In this document: piece by piece, positions 25,728 to 34,848 of the stretch
Position numbering within the stretch: position 1 is the first letter of the stretch
Layout: each line of letters starts with the position of its first letter
Virus record (IMG/VR): IMGVR_UViG_3300037067_009690
Coordinates: 20,250-84,249 of that record
DNA from: a virus
Taxonomy: Duplodnaviria; Caudoviricetes
DNA length: 64,000 bases
Reading direction: 5' to 3' (one strand)
Program-made: the position numbers and the translations under genes
Notes under the pieces: model-generated
Seen by the model: the letters and a program-made list of their open reading frames with translations, nothing else
Told to the model about the DNA's origin: nothing
Databases searched by the model: none

Positions 25728-26374
25728 CGGTGCGCCTCCCTGGCCTGCATGTGCGCGTCGTTCTTCGCGGCGTCGAGGGCATCCTGTGCCCGCCTGGCTG
25801 TGGCTGCGGTCTGGGTGTGTACCCCGCCCATCAGGTCCCCGACGCCGGGGCATCGGGCGAGGGCGACGCCGACGCAGTGCAGGGCAGCGATGAGATCCTC
25901 AGCGACATCACCGGGGTGCTTGATGTCCTCGCGTTCGATGCGCGTCGACAGCCAGTCGGCGAGCATGCGGATGACGTGCGCGTCGCCTTCGGCAGTGCCC
26001 TGCTTGAGCTGGTTGTAGACGCTGATTCTGTGCCAGTCGTCGCGGTTCTCCGGGACCATGGGGATCGCCGGGAACGTCACTCGCGGGGGCGCGTCGACCT
26101 CGCTGACGCCGTCGCTGGTCCATGGGTGCGCGACCGACACGGGGATGGTGGCGACCTTCACGCCCCACGGGTCGGTGGGCCGGACCGCGTCGTCGCCGAG
26201 GTTCGCGACCAGGTCCACGGCGAAGCACGGCCCGTAGGCGCCGGTCTCTGGGTTGCGGCGGCACGTGGGGATGCCGGTGCCGGGTTGTGGCTCGTCGGGG
26301 TGCCGGCACGTCAGGGCGTAATCCGCGGCACCAACGCTGTTGATGGTCACGGTCAGGGTGTGGTCGGCGATCAT
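25724..26374 (-). CDS. hypothetical protein
   Basis: GAGG RBS, ATGA coupling. Confidence 0.6.
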   Translation of the reverse strand: MIADHTLTVTINSVGAADYALTCRHPDEPQPGTGIPTCRRNPETGAYGPCFAVDLVANLGDDAVRPTDPWGVKVATIPVSVAHPWTSDGVSEVDAPPRVTFPAIPMVPENRDDWHRISVYNQLKQGTAEGDAHVIRMLADWLSTRIEREDIKHPGDVAEDLIAALHCVGVALARCPGVGDLMGGVHTQTAATARRAQDALDAAKNDAHMQAREAHR

Positions 26375-26568
26375 CGGTGGGTGTCCTCGTCTTCGGGTGG
26401 GCGTGGCGGGTCCGGGTGCCAGTAGCCGCCCTGCATGTCGGTGACCGTCCAGCCGCGGTTCTCGGCGGATCCGGCGGACCGGCGGGCGTGGGCTTTCCGG
26501 CGGGCCCAGGAGGTGCGTGTCCGGCCCTGTGGGTCGCGGGTGGTGAGGCGCCACAATCTTTCGCGCAT
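26371..26568 (-). CDS. small basic hypothetical protein (leaderless)
   Basis: TACACT -10 6 nt upstream of ATG. Confidence 0.5.
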   Translation of the reverse strand: MRERLWRLTTRDPQGRTRTSWARRKAHARRSAGSAENRGWTVTDMQGGYWHPDPPRPPEDEDTHR

Positions 26569-26574
26569 GCCGCT

Positions 26575-26613
26575 AGTGTATCCCACTGTGGGACGTGAGC
26601 GTCCCACAGTGGG
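26575..26613 (-). promoter_or_regulatory. promoter with paired CCCAC(T/A)GTGGG operators
   Basis: CCCACTGTGGGAC-gtgagc-GTCCCACAGTGGG inverted repeat next to TACACT. Confidence 0.5.
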
Positions 26614-26615
26614 TG

Positions 26616-26990
26616 TCACGGCGTGTCCGGCCACGCCGAGATCAGCGCCACCAGACACCCCACCAGCCCAGCCAGCGCCGCCAGGCCACCGGCCACCGCA
26701 AAAGCCCGCGCCCACGGCGACCACGACCGGTCAGACGTCCGGCGCCGCTGATCCTCCGCCTCAGCCAGAGCCGCAGCCGTCGCCACCGTTGTCGCCGCAG
26801 ACGCATCAGCCTGATCACCGAGCCGCTGCACCGCCAACGTCAGATCGGTCAGGGCCTGGAGCAGGGACGCGAGAGACCCGTTGATCGCGGCGAAATGCCT
26901 GTCGTGGGAGTCCAGTCGCTCGGCGACACCACCCTCATACCGGCCACGGTCATACGCCTCATCCGTCAATTGGTCACGTCCTGGCTTCAT
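26616..26990 (-). CDS. coiled-coil protein with C-terminal TM
   Basis: AYDRGRYEG.V..RL..HD.HF..INGS motif; C-terminal hydrophobic helix. Confidence 0.65.
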   Translation of the reverse strand: MKPGRDQLTDEAYDRGRYEGGVAERLDSHDRHFAAINGSLASLLQALTDLTLAVQRLGDQADASAATTVATAAALAEAEDQRRRTSDRSWSPWARAFAVAGGLAALAGLVGCLVALISAWPDTP

Positions 26991-27291
26991 TGACCATGTC
27001 AGCGATTCTGAGCGCATCATCGAAACATGGGCACCCATGGACCGCATACCTCCCGGGGGCCAGCCGGACAGGTTCCCCAGCAACCACCGTCCGCCCGCAT
27101 TCCACGTGCAACCACGCCAACCCTTTCACCCTGGCCATGCCAACACATTCACGCGTGAACCTGTCCGCCTCACCGGCCAGATAGTCGGCCGCTGACCGCA
27201 GTGCTGCCGGGACGGCGGCTGCCAGGGGCTCTGCGTCGCCGGGTGAGATGGCGTGCATCGGCTGGTCTCCTGTCGAGGGCGGATCGGTCAT
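26974..27291 (-). CDS. hypothetical protein
   Basis: AGGAGG RBS, ATGA coupling. Confidence 0.6.
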   Translation of the reverse strand: MTDPPSTGDQPMHAISPGDAEPLAAAVPAALRSAADYLAGEADRFTRECVGMARVKGLAWLHVECGRTVVAGEPVRLAPGRYAVHGCPCFDDALRIADMVNEART

Positions 27292-27935
27292 GAGGCGCCT
27301 CCTGTGGCGTGGGTGTCGCGGGCGACCATGTCGGCGAGGAGGGCGAGCTGCCGGCGGCGGTGGGCCTCGGCCTGGTCGATCTCGGCGCGGGTGAGGGCCT
27401 TGACCGGGGGAGCGGGCCGGGTCCTGGGCTGTGGCTGGCCGTCCCTCGCGGGGTCGACGGCGGGGAGCCGTTGGGTGATGGCCTTCGGGTCGCGGGCGGT
27501 GGCCTGCCGCAGCAGGTCGATGACGTCGCCGGGGGCCGGGGTGGGAGCGGGCTCCCCTGAGGTGATGGCTCGGCGATGGACGCCGCCAGGGAGGGCCGCG
27601 GGGTCCACTGCGGGCGCCGGGGTCGACGCCACCAGGGCACGATGCACCCGGAGCTCCGCGAGGTACGCGGCCACATCCTCGGGGTCGGCGGTCGGAACGT
27701 AGTCGTCGGCGCCCTCCAACCTCCTGGCGCGCAGCCTCTTCGCCTCGGCGCGCAGCACCGACGGGTCGATCCACGTGTCCCGCTTCGCCACCGCCGGCAG
27801 GACGGCCCGGACATCATCGGCTGTGACGTCGTCGAGGACGACATGCCACCCAGCTGGGGTCTCGGCGTCGAACCGTTGCGCGGGCTTGATGGACGCCGCC
27901 ACCCGGCACAGGCGCTGGACTTCCTCCATTGTCAT
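27288..27935 (-). CDS. putative helicase loader/inhibitor-like protein downstream of Rep
   Basis: AGW..VL.DVT.DD..A.....A....WI.P motif typical of actinophage genes after the replication initiator. Confidence 0.55.
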   Translation of the reverse strand: MTMEEVQRLCRVAASIKPAQRFDAETPAGWHVVLDDVTADDVRAVLPAVAKRDTWIDPSVLRAEAKRLRARRLEGADDYVPTADPEDVAAYLAELRVHRALVASTPAPAVDPAALPGGVHRRAITSGEPAPTPAPGDVIDLLRQATARDPKAITQRLPAVDPARDGQPQPRTRPAPPVKALTRAEIDQAEAHRRRQLALLADMVARDTHATGGAS

Positions 27936-27946
27936 GGGTCCTCCTC

Positions 27947-28843
27947 TCAGATGAAGTCGACGATTGTTCTGGCGCCGCGGGAGTCGAGTAGCGCCTGGCC
28001 GTTGCGGCCCCAGTCTTCCCATTTGGCGTTGCGGGATGCGATTTCCTGGTCCCGGCGGGATTGGCGGGGTCTGGTGTGGTCATCGTGGGATGTCTTAGCC
28101 CAGTTCTTCCATACGAGGTCCCACCTGGTTTTCCGTCCGTCTTTCCCTGGCTTGGACACCCAGTAGTTGCGGAACTTTTCCACTTCGGCCCATCCGACTG
28201 TGGGGCAGTTCTGTCGGGTCCAGGCTTGGAGGGCGGCGTCTGGCTCCCAGTCTTCGGGGAGTCGGGTGCCCCGGTCTGATCGGGGCTTCGGGGGTGGGTC
28301 GTTGAGTGGGAGCGGCTGTTGTGCGGTGGGGGTGGGAGCTGGCGCAGCCTGCGACGCTTCTCTCTCTTGTACTGGCTCTTGTACTGGCTCTTGTGTTTTC
28401 TGCCGCATGGGTGCGGGTACCCCCTCCGCACGGGTGCGGCTACCCCTCCGCGCGGGTGCGGCTACCCCTGTACCTGCATCGGCGCGGATGTCCGCACGGG
28501 TGCGGCTACCTCTATCGGGCACACCGCGTTCAACGTCATGTATGGTGTATATACTCGCTTTCAGGACGTTGCCAGTACCGTGCTGTTGCTCGACAGTAAG
28601 CACCCCGGCCATTACGAGTTCCTTCGCTGCCCGGTCGACAGTGTCTGTTGAACGTCCCATTAATTCAGCGAGTTCTGACCGGTAGAGCTGGTAGCTACGT
28701 GTTGCTAGGTCAGCGAATGTCGCGATGATCGCGTAAAGCGTTTTCGCGTTAGGTGAAAGCGTCTGGTCGCGGATTATTTCAGTCGATAGCTGAACGAAAG
28801 GAAGGGCTCGCGCCCGTGCGACTCTAATCTCAGTGTCAGCCAT
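27947..28843 (-). CDS. replication initiator (lambda O-like, N-terminal wHTH)
   Basis: IIRDQTLSPNAK.LYA.I...LAE.MG.S.DTV.RA.KEL..AG.L; C-terminal GTRLPEDW.P...EKFRNYW...K..W...WKNW. Confidence 0.8.
   Translation of the reverse strand: MADTEIRVARARALPFVQLSTEIIRDQTLSPNAKTLYAIIATFADLATRSYQLYRSELAELMGRSTDTVDRAAKELVMAGVLTVEQQHGTGNVLKASIYTIHDVERGVPDRGSRTRADIRADAGTGVAAPARRGSRTRAEGVPAPMRQKTQEPVQEPVQEREASQAAPAPTPTAQQPLPLNDPPPKPRSDRGTRLPEDWEPDAALQAWTRQNCPTVGWAEVEKFRNYWVSKPGKDGRKTRWDLVWKNWAKTSHDDHTRPRQSRRDQEIASRNAKWEDWGRNGQALLDSRGARTIVDFI
28409..28513. repeat. iterons (candidate origin) inside rep
   Basis: GGGTGCGG(C/G)TACC(C/T)CT at about 28409, 28432, 28454, 28498 (22-bp period), next to A/T-rich TCTTGTACTGGC repeats. 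Confidence 0.7.
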
Positions 28844-28872
28844 TGTCGCCCCCGTCAATCTTGGGGCCGGGT

Positions 28873-29070
28873 TTACACGTGCAGGGCTTGGGTGAGATAC
28901 TCACCGTGAGAGCCCCCTTTCCGAGTGTGCGGATTGGGCTGGCTGGCGGGCCCCTGGTGGTACAGGTGCCCGCCACATTTTTTGGTCCGCCCCCATCCTA
29001 CCGTCACGGCGTGTACGCCCGGACACGCCACGTAATGGCCCCAGGTCACCGGGTGTCCGGCGGCCGTCAT
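28873..29070 (-). CDS. small hypothetical protein
   Basis: ATGA coupling. Confidence 0.4.
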   Translation of the reverse strand: MTAAGHPVTWGHYVACPGVHAVTVGWGRTKKCGGHLYHQGPASQPNPHTRKGGSHGEYLTQALHV

Positions 29071-29942
29071 GCGGCGTCCCGGGCGGGTTCACGGCGGTCC
29101 AGGCGCTCGATCAGGTCCCCACGGTCCTGGCGCTGAAGGCACCGGCGCACAGCCTCCACCGTCACCCCCAGGTCCCGGGCGATGCCCTCCCACCGCTCCA
29201 AGGCCTCCACGCGGAGCTCGATCCGGTCGACACGGTCGACGGGATCCCTGCGGTGCTCGACGCCACGGACCCCGGACGGGACGGTGTCAGGGTCGTCGAT
29301 CGTGTCGTCATCCCATGCGAGGGGCGGAGGCCACCCCGCGGCCAGAGCGCGGGCCCTGGTGGCCTCAGACGGCCCCGGGGTCATAGCCAGCCGCTGGTAG
29401 ACGCCGGCGATCACCGTGGCTCTGCCGGCTGTGATCCGCGGGCGCCTGAGGGTCTGACTCAGGGAGCACCTGGGGACTCCGGCGTCCCGGGCGATCGCGG
29501 ACATGGACCAGCCGACCGCGTGCAGCGCCCTGAGCCTGCGCTGCGACCCGCATGCAGGGACCATCAGCTCCGGGGCGACCCCCACGTGCGTGCAGCGGAC
29601 CGCGGTGAGCCTGCGGGCGGTGGACGCGCGGACACCGACGAGGGGCCGGTGGTAGAGGATTGTCTCGATCGTCGGGTCTGGGACATGTGACACGGCGGCG
29701 ATGGCCGCGATAGACATGCCCTGGTCGATGCGGTCCCGCAGGTGGGTGATGACGGGCCTGGGGTCGGTGAGGTGGTCGGCCTGCCCGCGGGTCACGGCGA
29801 GCCGGTATCGGCCCTGGGCGACCATGGCCGCGTGTCGGCAGGCATCGCAGCGGCAGCCGTGGTGGTTGTATGCGCGGGCCGTGCCGTGCCAGGTCTCACC
29901 GGGTGAGACGGGCATATGGACGTCGGCGTGCTGAGGCATCAT
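29067..29942 (-). CDS. multi-HTH DNA-binding protein (actinophage family)
   Basis: HGT.RAY.HHGCRCD.CR; GSQRRL.AL.AVGWS; GWPPPLAWDDD.IDDP. Confidence 0.8.
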   Translation of the reverse strand: MMPQHADVHMPVSPGETWHGTARAYNHHGCRCDACRHAAMVAQGRYRLAVTRGQADHLTDPRPVITHLRDRIDQGMSIAAIAAVSHVPDPTIETILYHRPLVGVRASTARRLTAVRCTHVGVAPELMVPACGSQRRLRALHAVGWSMSAIARDAGVPRCSLSQTLRRPRITAGRATVIAGVYQRLAMTPGPSEATRARALAAGWPPPLAWDDDTIDDPDTVPSGVRGVEHRRDPVDRVDRIELRVEALERWEGIARDLGVTVEAVRRCLQRQDRGDLIERLDRREPARDAA

Positions 29943-30145
29943 GGTGGTGATGCCACTCCTTCCGGTTGTGTCGGATGAGCGTGGAAGTCGTGGCGCCCCT
30001 GTTTCCGCAGGGGCGTCGCGCGTTTCGCGCGGCGCGGCTTCCGGGTGTGGAGTTGTCCCGCCGATCCTACCGTCAGGGTGATCGGCTGGCCCCTGTCTGT
30101 GACGGGTGTCCGGGCTGGCCACGGCCGGCCCCGGCCACTTGTCAC
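29939..30145 (-). CDS. small basic hypothetical protein
   Basis: GTGA and ATGA coupling at both ends. Confidence 0.4.
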   Translation of the reverse strand: MTSGRGRPWPARTPVTDRGQPITLTVGSAGQLHTRKPRRAKRATPLRKQGRHDFHAHPTQPEGVASPP

Positions 30146-30699
30146 CGTCGCGTGGGATCATCAGACGCTCCCTCGTTGATCTCGCGGGACACTGCGGCCG
30201 GCGTCTGGGCTCCATCCCCGGTGCCGGCCGTCGCCCGTCTCGGGCGCCCCCCGCGGGCCAGCTGATCCCGGGCAGCGTGGACGGCGTGCCGCACCTGCGC
30301 GCGGGACACCCGCCGGCCGATCTCATCCGACCTGGCCAGGGCGATCTCCTCATAGGACAGGCCCTGGTCGTGCATGGCCAGGCACTCCCACTGGGGGGCC
30401 ATCACGGGCCGCTGGGGGATCACGTGCGCGTGCCGCTTGCGCCACGTGGCGGCCGTCGTCTTCGACACGCCGAGCTCGGCGCAGATCCCGTCCATCGTCG
30501 CGCCCGCGGCGAGCATCGGCACGGCCAGGGCCTCACGCTCCGACATGTCCTCCGGTGTCGGCGGTGGCTCCGGGTCTGACTCGGGTGGGATGGCGCGTGG
30601 TGACAGCCATGGCCTCGACGGCTGCCCGTGGACCCGCATCCACGCGGCCCGGTCGCCTGGTTTCCACCGGTGCCAGTCCGACGGCGGGCGCCCGGTCAC
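30142..30699 (-). CDS. double HTH protein
   Basis: GATMDGICAELGVSKTTAATW and QGLSYEEIA..VSRAQVR. Confidence 0.65.
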   Translation of the reverse strand: MTGRPPSDWHRWKPGDRAAWMRVHGQPSRPWLSPRAIPPESDPEPPPTPEDMSEREALAVPMLAAGATMDGICAELGVSKTTAATWRKRHAHVIPQRPVMAPQWECLAMHDQGLSYEEIALARSDEIGRRVSRAQVRHAVHAARDQLARGGRPRRATAGTGDGAQTPAAVSREINEGASDDPTRR

Positions 30700-31130
30700 G
30701 ACGCCCTCCGTGCGGCTCGGGCGACCGTCGAGTGGGCGCGTCCCATGGCGTGCGCCGCGGCCCGCAGCGACATCGATGACAGCAGGGCCTTCGCCTCACC
30801 GGGGTCCACAGACGCCGGCTTGCGTCGCCTCGACGCAGCGACCCGCGCCGCACGCTCCTCGTCGTCGATCGACGGATCCGCGCACCACCGCTCATACCGG
30901 TCCATGCCGCCCCATATGCCCCACATGGAGCTGATGGCGGCGCCCGCCTCGTACGTGGCAGCCAGGTCCATGCACTCCATCCGGACTGGGCACAACCCGC
31001 ATTCTTTCTTGGCCTTTTTTTCCATCCGCCGATTATCGGATTCACCGATAACAGTGGAATCCAGGCCGTGCCACAGGTCAGGGTCGGTGGTCCGGCACCG
31101 GGCCTGCTCCAGCCATTCCATGTCACTCAC
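30696..31130 (-). CDS. whiB: WhiB-family Fe-S transcription factor with extra C-terminal HTH
   Basis: W.EQARC...DPDLW...AK..C..CPVR.EC...WGIWGG....ER. Confidence 0.9.
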   Translation of the reverse strand: MSDMEWLEQARCRTTDPDLWHGLDSTVIGESDNRRMEKKAKKECGLCPVRMECMDLAATYEAGAAISSMWGIWGGMDRYERWCADPSIDDEERAARVAASRRRKPASVDPGEAKALLSSMSLRAAAHAMGRAHSTVARAARRAS

Positions 31131-31330
31131 CGGGTCACCCGCTTTCCCCGGTCACTGGACACCACGTCCTGCATCCCGTGACCAGCGAAGCACATGGCGC
31201 GCACGCTCGGCGGCGGAACAGTGGGCCCCCCGGCGGCGGTAGTACCGCCGCCCTCCCGGACACACCCGCAGGCCAGGACACGCACCCACATACGCCCGGC
31301 CTTCGTCTTAGCTTTCGCGTCAATACCCAC
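31127..31330 (-). CDS. small Zn-binding protein
   Basis: LACGC...C..GHG. Confidence 0.5.
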   Translation of the reverse strand: MGIDAKAKTKAGRMWVRVLACGCVREGGGTTAAGGPTVPPPSVRAMCFAGHGMQDVVSSDRGKRVTR

Positions 31331-31679
31331 GCCGCGCTCCTATCCTCGCCAACTCTCCAGCGATAACACCATTGTCCAGGTCACACGGCCGCCACACGCC
31401 GGCGTCCATTCCCGCCGACCTGAGCATCCCCAGCACGAGTTGCTGCGCCGGGGACACGACACCTCGCGCAGACTTCAACTCCCGGAACAGCGCCTGGCCC
31501 GTCCCGTCTGGGTTAGTGCGCATCAACACCAGGTCAGGCCACCCGCCGGCAGACCGCCGCGAATCGTATGGGTGATAAACCCACCATCCGAGGGCCTTCG
31601 CTAATTCCAGGACCTTATCCTGGAACAATTCCTCGGGGCCTTTCTTGCGGGTCTTCACCGCCGAGGCCACCGCGGTCAT
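31320..31679 (-). CDS. VRR-NUC-like PD-(D/E)XK nuclease
   Basis: EE.FQ..V..LA..LGW..YH..DSRRS..GWPDLVL...FRELK...G..S..Q...L..L..AG....VWRP.DL. Confidence 0.85.
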   Translation of the reverse strand: MTAVASAVKTRKKGPEELFQDKVLELAKALGWWVYHPYDSRRSAGGWPDLVLMRTNPDGTGQALFRELKSARGVVSPAQQLVLGMLRSAGMDAGVWRPCDLDNGVIAGELARIGARRGY

Positions 31680-31864
31680 GGCAGGCACCTCCCTGCGGGC
31701 GGGCCGGCCACGCACACGGGGATCGGGTCGGTCACCCCGTCGTGCCACGCGATCCACAAGGCGACCACGACCACCGTGAGGGCCAAGGCCGCAGCGAGGA
31801 TCCACCGGTCGACGAGGGCCACGTGGCGGCCCATGCGGGCAGTCCGGTGCTGGCCGCGGGTCAC
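31676..31864 (-). CDS. small membrane protein
   Basis: single TM; coupled. Confidence 0.55.
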   Translation of the reverse strand: MTRGQHRTARMGRHVALVDRWILAAALALTVVVVALWIAWHDGVTDPIPVCVAGPPAGRCLP

Positions 31865-32223
31865 GTGCCGGGGCCCATCGGCACCGACCCCGGCGTGACC
31901 TGCGGGGCCATGTCCGACTCTGCCGGCAGGACCGGCAGCAGCGGCCCCGGGACCGGGACATCCGGGGCCGACTCAACCGGACCACGCGGCACCGCCAACG
32001 TTTCCCCCGGCAGAACCGGGAAAGACACGCGGATACCATGCGCCTCCAATGTTTCCGCCAACTGCCGGTTCCGGGCGATCGTGTACCTCTGCAATTGACA
32101 GTCCGCGCACGGCGGGATAGGCGACGGGACCGACAGTCGTTTAACGACAGGCCGCATATTGATGCCGATACCCCACCCGACGCCTGCCGCGAACGCGACC
32201 AATATGATTCCCTCAACAATCAC
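31861..32223 (-). CDS. membrane-anchored protein
   Basis: N-terminal TM; CxxC. Confidence 0.6.
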   Translation of the reverse strand: MIVEGIILVAFAAGVGWGIGINMRPVVKRLSVPSPIPPCADCQLQRYTIARNRQLAETLEAHGIRVSFPVLPGETLAVPRGPVESAPDVPVPGPLLPVLPAESDMAPQVTPGSVPMGPGT

Positions 32224-32732
32224 TGCCGTCCCCTATTCCGCCCCGGGACACGCGCCCCAGAGGTCTTGAGGACCTGCGCGAGCAAGGCCGTTACCGCGCG
32301 GGCCTGCAACTCCGACAGGAGCTCGTTTTCCTTCCGATGCACGAGCCTCTCCGGAGTCACCACGGCATGCACAGCCATATCGCGCAGGACCGTCCACGTG
32401 TAACCTCCGGGCAACCGGATACCGGGCCTTGACGCCTCCACCAGTGCCCGCTGGACCTCAGGGTCAGTGAGAGTGATACCGCGGTGCCTATTGTGGACCC
32501 GCGTTATCCATCCCCCGGCCTCCAAGGCATCCAGGTGAGGGCGGACCGCGGAAAGGTTCCTAAACCCGACCGCGTCGCACAGCTCCCGGTGCGTGGGTGG
32601 CCGCATTCCCTGCCGGTCCCGGTGGATGAGGAGGCATAGGACGGCGCGGCGGTCGGCGTCCATCGCCTCGGGTGTCTCGTCGATGAGCTGGAGGTGGGGG
32701 CCGGACATCGGCACGTGATTGGGCATGGTCAC
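32220..32732 (-). CDS. LexA-like DNA-binding-domain protein lacking the peptidase domain
   Basis: G.RPPT.RELCDAVG..NLSAV..HLDALE..G.I.R..NR.R.I.L. Confidence 0.75.
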   Translation of the reverse strand: MTMPNHVPMSGPHLQLIDETPEAMDADRRAVLCLLIHRDRQGMRPPTHRELCDAVGFRNLSAVRPHLDALEAGGWITRVHNRHRGITLTDPEVQRALVEASRPGIRLPGGYTWTVLRDMAVHAVVTPERLVHRKENELLSELQARAVTALLAQVLKTSGARVPGRNRGRQ

Positions 32733-32869
32733 TACCCTCCCCGATGCTGATCATGACGGTGGGGGAGGCTGGCCCGGCGGTCTGACACCACCCACCATGC
32801 GATCAGCGCCAGCAGCGCCGCCACCCCCGCTGCGGAGATGGCGACGCCGGCGGCGACGAGGACGGTCAC
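32732..32869 (-). CDS. small membrane peptide (45 aa, not in ORF track)
   Basis: MTVLVAAGVAISAAGVAALLALIAWWVV...; coupled on both sides. Confidence 0.55.
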   Translation of the reverse strand: MTVLVAAGVAISAAGVAALLALIAWWVVSDRRASLPHRHDQHRGG

Positions 32870-33084
32870 GGCGGATCCGCCTCGCCCCGGAGGACCCTGG
32901 CCGCGGCCTCGACGCGTCTCCTGCCGTCACTGTGGGGCATCCACTCCGTGGCCTCCGTGAGGCCGTCGGCGCGGCCATTGAGACGACACTCGGCCAGTAG
33001 CCCGGCCAGCATCGCCCGCCAGACGATTGACGTAGCGACCGCGCTGATGACTGCGCCCACAGTGAAGGCGTCCAGGACGCTCAC
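32866..33084 (-). CDS. small membrane protein
   Basis: GTGA coupling. Confidence 0.55.
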   Translation of the reverse strand: MSVLDAFTVGAVISAVATSIVWRAMLAGLLAECRLNGRADGLTEATEWMPHSDGRRRVEAAARVLRGEADPP

Positions 33085-33290
33085 TCCCCGGCCGCCTGGT
33101 GTCCCTCGTCCCAGGCGAAGTCGAGGACCGGCAGGACCGCGGCGACCACAGCGGCGGCACGGTCCCGCGGGTCGGGGCCCCGGGCGACGAGTGCCTCCAG
33201 GACCACGCGGGACAGGTCCGCGCGCAGCCCGGGCGACACCCGGTGGACGGCTGGCGGGTCCTGCCCACCGTCAGTCAGGTCGATGGTCAC
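33081..33290 (-). CDS. hypothetical protein
   Basis: GAGGAG RBS, coupling. Confidence 0.55.
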   Translation of the reverse strand: MTIDLTDGGQDPPAVHRVSPGLRADLSRVVLEALVARGPDPRDRAAAVVAAVLPVLDFAWDEGHQAAGE

Positions 33291-33547
33291 AGGGTCTCCT
33301 CAGGTCGGGTGATGTCGGTGGGGTGGCCCCAGTCGACGTCGATGTCTGAGATGCCGCGGTACCGGCGCCAGGACCGGGCGTACGGCGCTGTCAGGTACGG
33401 GGCGGTGGCCGCCCACGTGTCGCACGCGGCCACCGCTTCAGCCTCAGACACGGGCCACAGGCGGCGGATCAGCCGCACAGCCCGTTCCGGGTCGCCGATC
33501 ACGTCTTCCATGACCCCGGCGACCTGCTCAGGCAGCAGGACGATCAC
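33287..33547 (-). CDS. hypothetical protein
   Basis: GTGA coupling. Confidence 0.55.
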   Translation of the reverse strand: MIVLLPEQVAGVMEDVIGDPERAVRLIRRLWPVSEAEAVAACDTWAATAPYLTAPYARSWRRYRGISDIDVDWGHPTDITRPEETL

Positions 33548-34848
33548 GAGGCGACCTGCCCGTCCTCGATCACGATCCCGACACCCTCAGCGCCAGCGTC
33601 ACGGACCATCTCGCACCACACCTGGTAGCCGTTCTCCGCGGCCATCTCCTCGATCATCCGCAGGCTTTCGGTGTCCAGCAGCGACCCGTCCTGCACGCGG
33701 ATCACCCTGACCGTCGGGTTGAGGCGCATCGCGATCGCCACGGACACCCGCAGCTGCTCCGACGATGAGCACTGCCTCAACGGCACCCCACCGAAGGTGA
33801 CGCCGTCGCCAGCGAAACCCAGGCCCGGAAGGGGCATGTCGGCCTCTTCGAGGATCGTCCGCTTCGTCTCGTCCACGTCGTCGATGTCGCGGGTCAGGCG
33901 CTCCGACTCGGCCCGGGCGGCGGCGAGTTCGTCGGCGACACGCTGCCGGTCTCGTGCTTCCCGGACGGCCCGGTTCACGACGTCGACCTCGGCGAGCCGG
34001 CCCGCGAACCCGTCCATGTCCGGGCGGGTCATCCCCTCGGCGGCGGCCCGGTCCCGGGCTGCGGTGGACGTGGCGTCCTCGGCCGCCGCACGCCGGGCGT
34101 CGCGGGCCACGGTGAGCCGCTGGATCTCGGCGTCCAGCCGGTCGGCCTCAGCCCGGTGCTGCTCGGCCTCCCGCTGCGCGCGGTCCACATCGGCGCGGGC
34201 CTGGTCGATGCGCTGGCACTCGGCCTGCGCGGCGGTCATCTCCGCGACGATCGAGGCGGCGGACACCTCGACGGCGGGGGTGGATGGGTCAGCGGCGGGC
34301 ATCCCCGCGAGCTGGCCTTCCAGGGCCTTCACCGTCCGGTTCACGCCCGTCCGGGCCATGTACAGCTCGTTGCGGCGGGCGTCCAGGACACGGGGGTCCT
34401 CGGGGAGGTCGATCAGGTCCAGGAGGGTCTTGACCTGGTCAGATTCGCGTTGCTGCACGAAACCGAGAGGGTCGAAAGACAGGGATCCGATGAGCCGGTC
34501 GAGCATCGCTTGAGGCCGGGAGAAACTCGCGCCCTCGCCGTTCTCGACCTTCAGGGTCGTGCCCTTCTCCGTCCACCTTCTGGTCACGACGATGTCGCCG
34601 AGATCGAGGCGGACCGTGGCGGTTTCCCTGTCGTTGTTGATCGGACACGGAATGCCCCTCGCGGCGGCGGCATTCGACAGGGCCGCCCAGATCGCGTGCA
34701 GAACACTAGACTTTCCCTGGCCGTTCCGGCCCGCGATGACAACCAGCGACCCGTCCGGGTCCGGCGTGATATCCACGGCCGTCAGCCGCATGAATCCCTC
34801 GGCGCGCAGGCTCACAACACGCAGGCGACGATCCGGTTCAGTATTCAC
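33544..34848 (-). CDS. SMC/RecF/SbcC-like AAA ATPase
   Basis: Walker A GRNGQGKS, long coiled coil, ABC signature-like CSSSEQ, IRVQDG/LD. Confidence 0.88.
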   Translation of the reverse strand: MNTEPDRRLRVVSLRAEGFMRLTAVDITPDPDGSLVVIAGRNGQGKSSVLHAIWAALSNAAAARGIPCPINNDRETATVRLDLGDIVVTRRWTEKGTTLKVENGEGASFSRPQAMLDRLIGSLSFDPLGFVQQRESDQVKTLLDLIDLPEDPRVLDARRNELYMARTGVNRTVKALEGQLAGMPAADPSTPAVEVSAASIVAEMTAAQAECQRIDQARADVDRAQREAEQHRAEADRLDAEIQRLTVARDARRAAAEDATSTAARDRAAAEGMTRPDMDGFAGRLAEVDVVNRAVREARDRQRVADELAAARAESERLTRDIDDVDETKRTILEEADMPLPGLGFAGDGVTFGGVPLRQCSSSEQLRVSVAIAMRLNPTVRVIRVQDGSLLDTESLRMIEEMAAENGYQVWCEMVRDAGAEGVGIVIEDGQVAS

